DNA of 62,000 nt from Octopus vulgaris (lineage: Eukaryota), in the NCBI GenBank assembly GCA_951406725.2, contig OX597814.1, positions 169,156,001 through 169,218,000 on the forward strand, in the 5' to 3' direction. The notes beneath the pieces are model-generated. The model did no database searches. It saw only the letters and a program-made list of their open reading frames with translations, and was not told where the DNA came from. A program made the translations under genes and the position numbers. Below are positions 61,999 to 62,000 of this stretch, one piece after another. Position 1 is the stretch's first letter, and each line of letters opens with the position of its first letter.

Positions 61999-62000
61999 GA

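Overview
AT-rich, microsatellite-dense animal genomic DNA, most likely an octopus (inferred from recall of cephalopod SINE/LINE families, not a database search). I can identify no intact host gene, tRNA, rRNA or CRISPR array; the window looks intronic or intergenic and is mostly transposon debris. Retroelements: a 5'-truncated RTE LINE with an open RT/PHD ORF (9050-12953) plus about a dozen short copies of its 3' UTR; five R4/Dong-like REL-endonuclease LINE pieces, mostly in (TAA)n; CR1/L2-type 3' ends; several tRNA-derived SINE families; Penelope-like (PLE) fragments. DNA elements: two non-autonomous Helitrons, mariner and piggyBac-like MITEs, fold-back elements. Most notable: (1) about nine minimal type-I hammerhead-ribozyme-like motifs in unrelated short PLE/pLTR-like units, including a U3-A8 compensated core; (2) a 2.6-kb inversion with 415-bp near-identical inverted duplications that splits a SINE in two; (3) an RTE 3' UTR amplified into a six-unit ~330-bp tandem array; (4) head-to-tail stacking of Dong-like LINEs in TAA repeats; (5) a Helitron flanked by a ~75-bp direct duplication. 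Coordinates were read by eye and may be off by a few bases.
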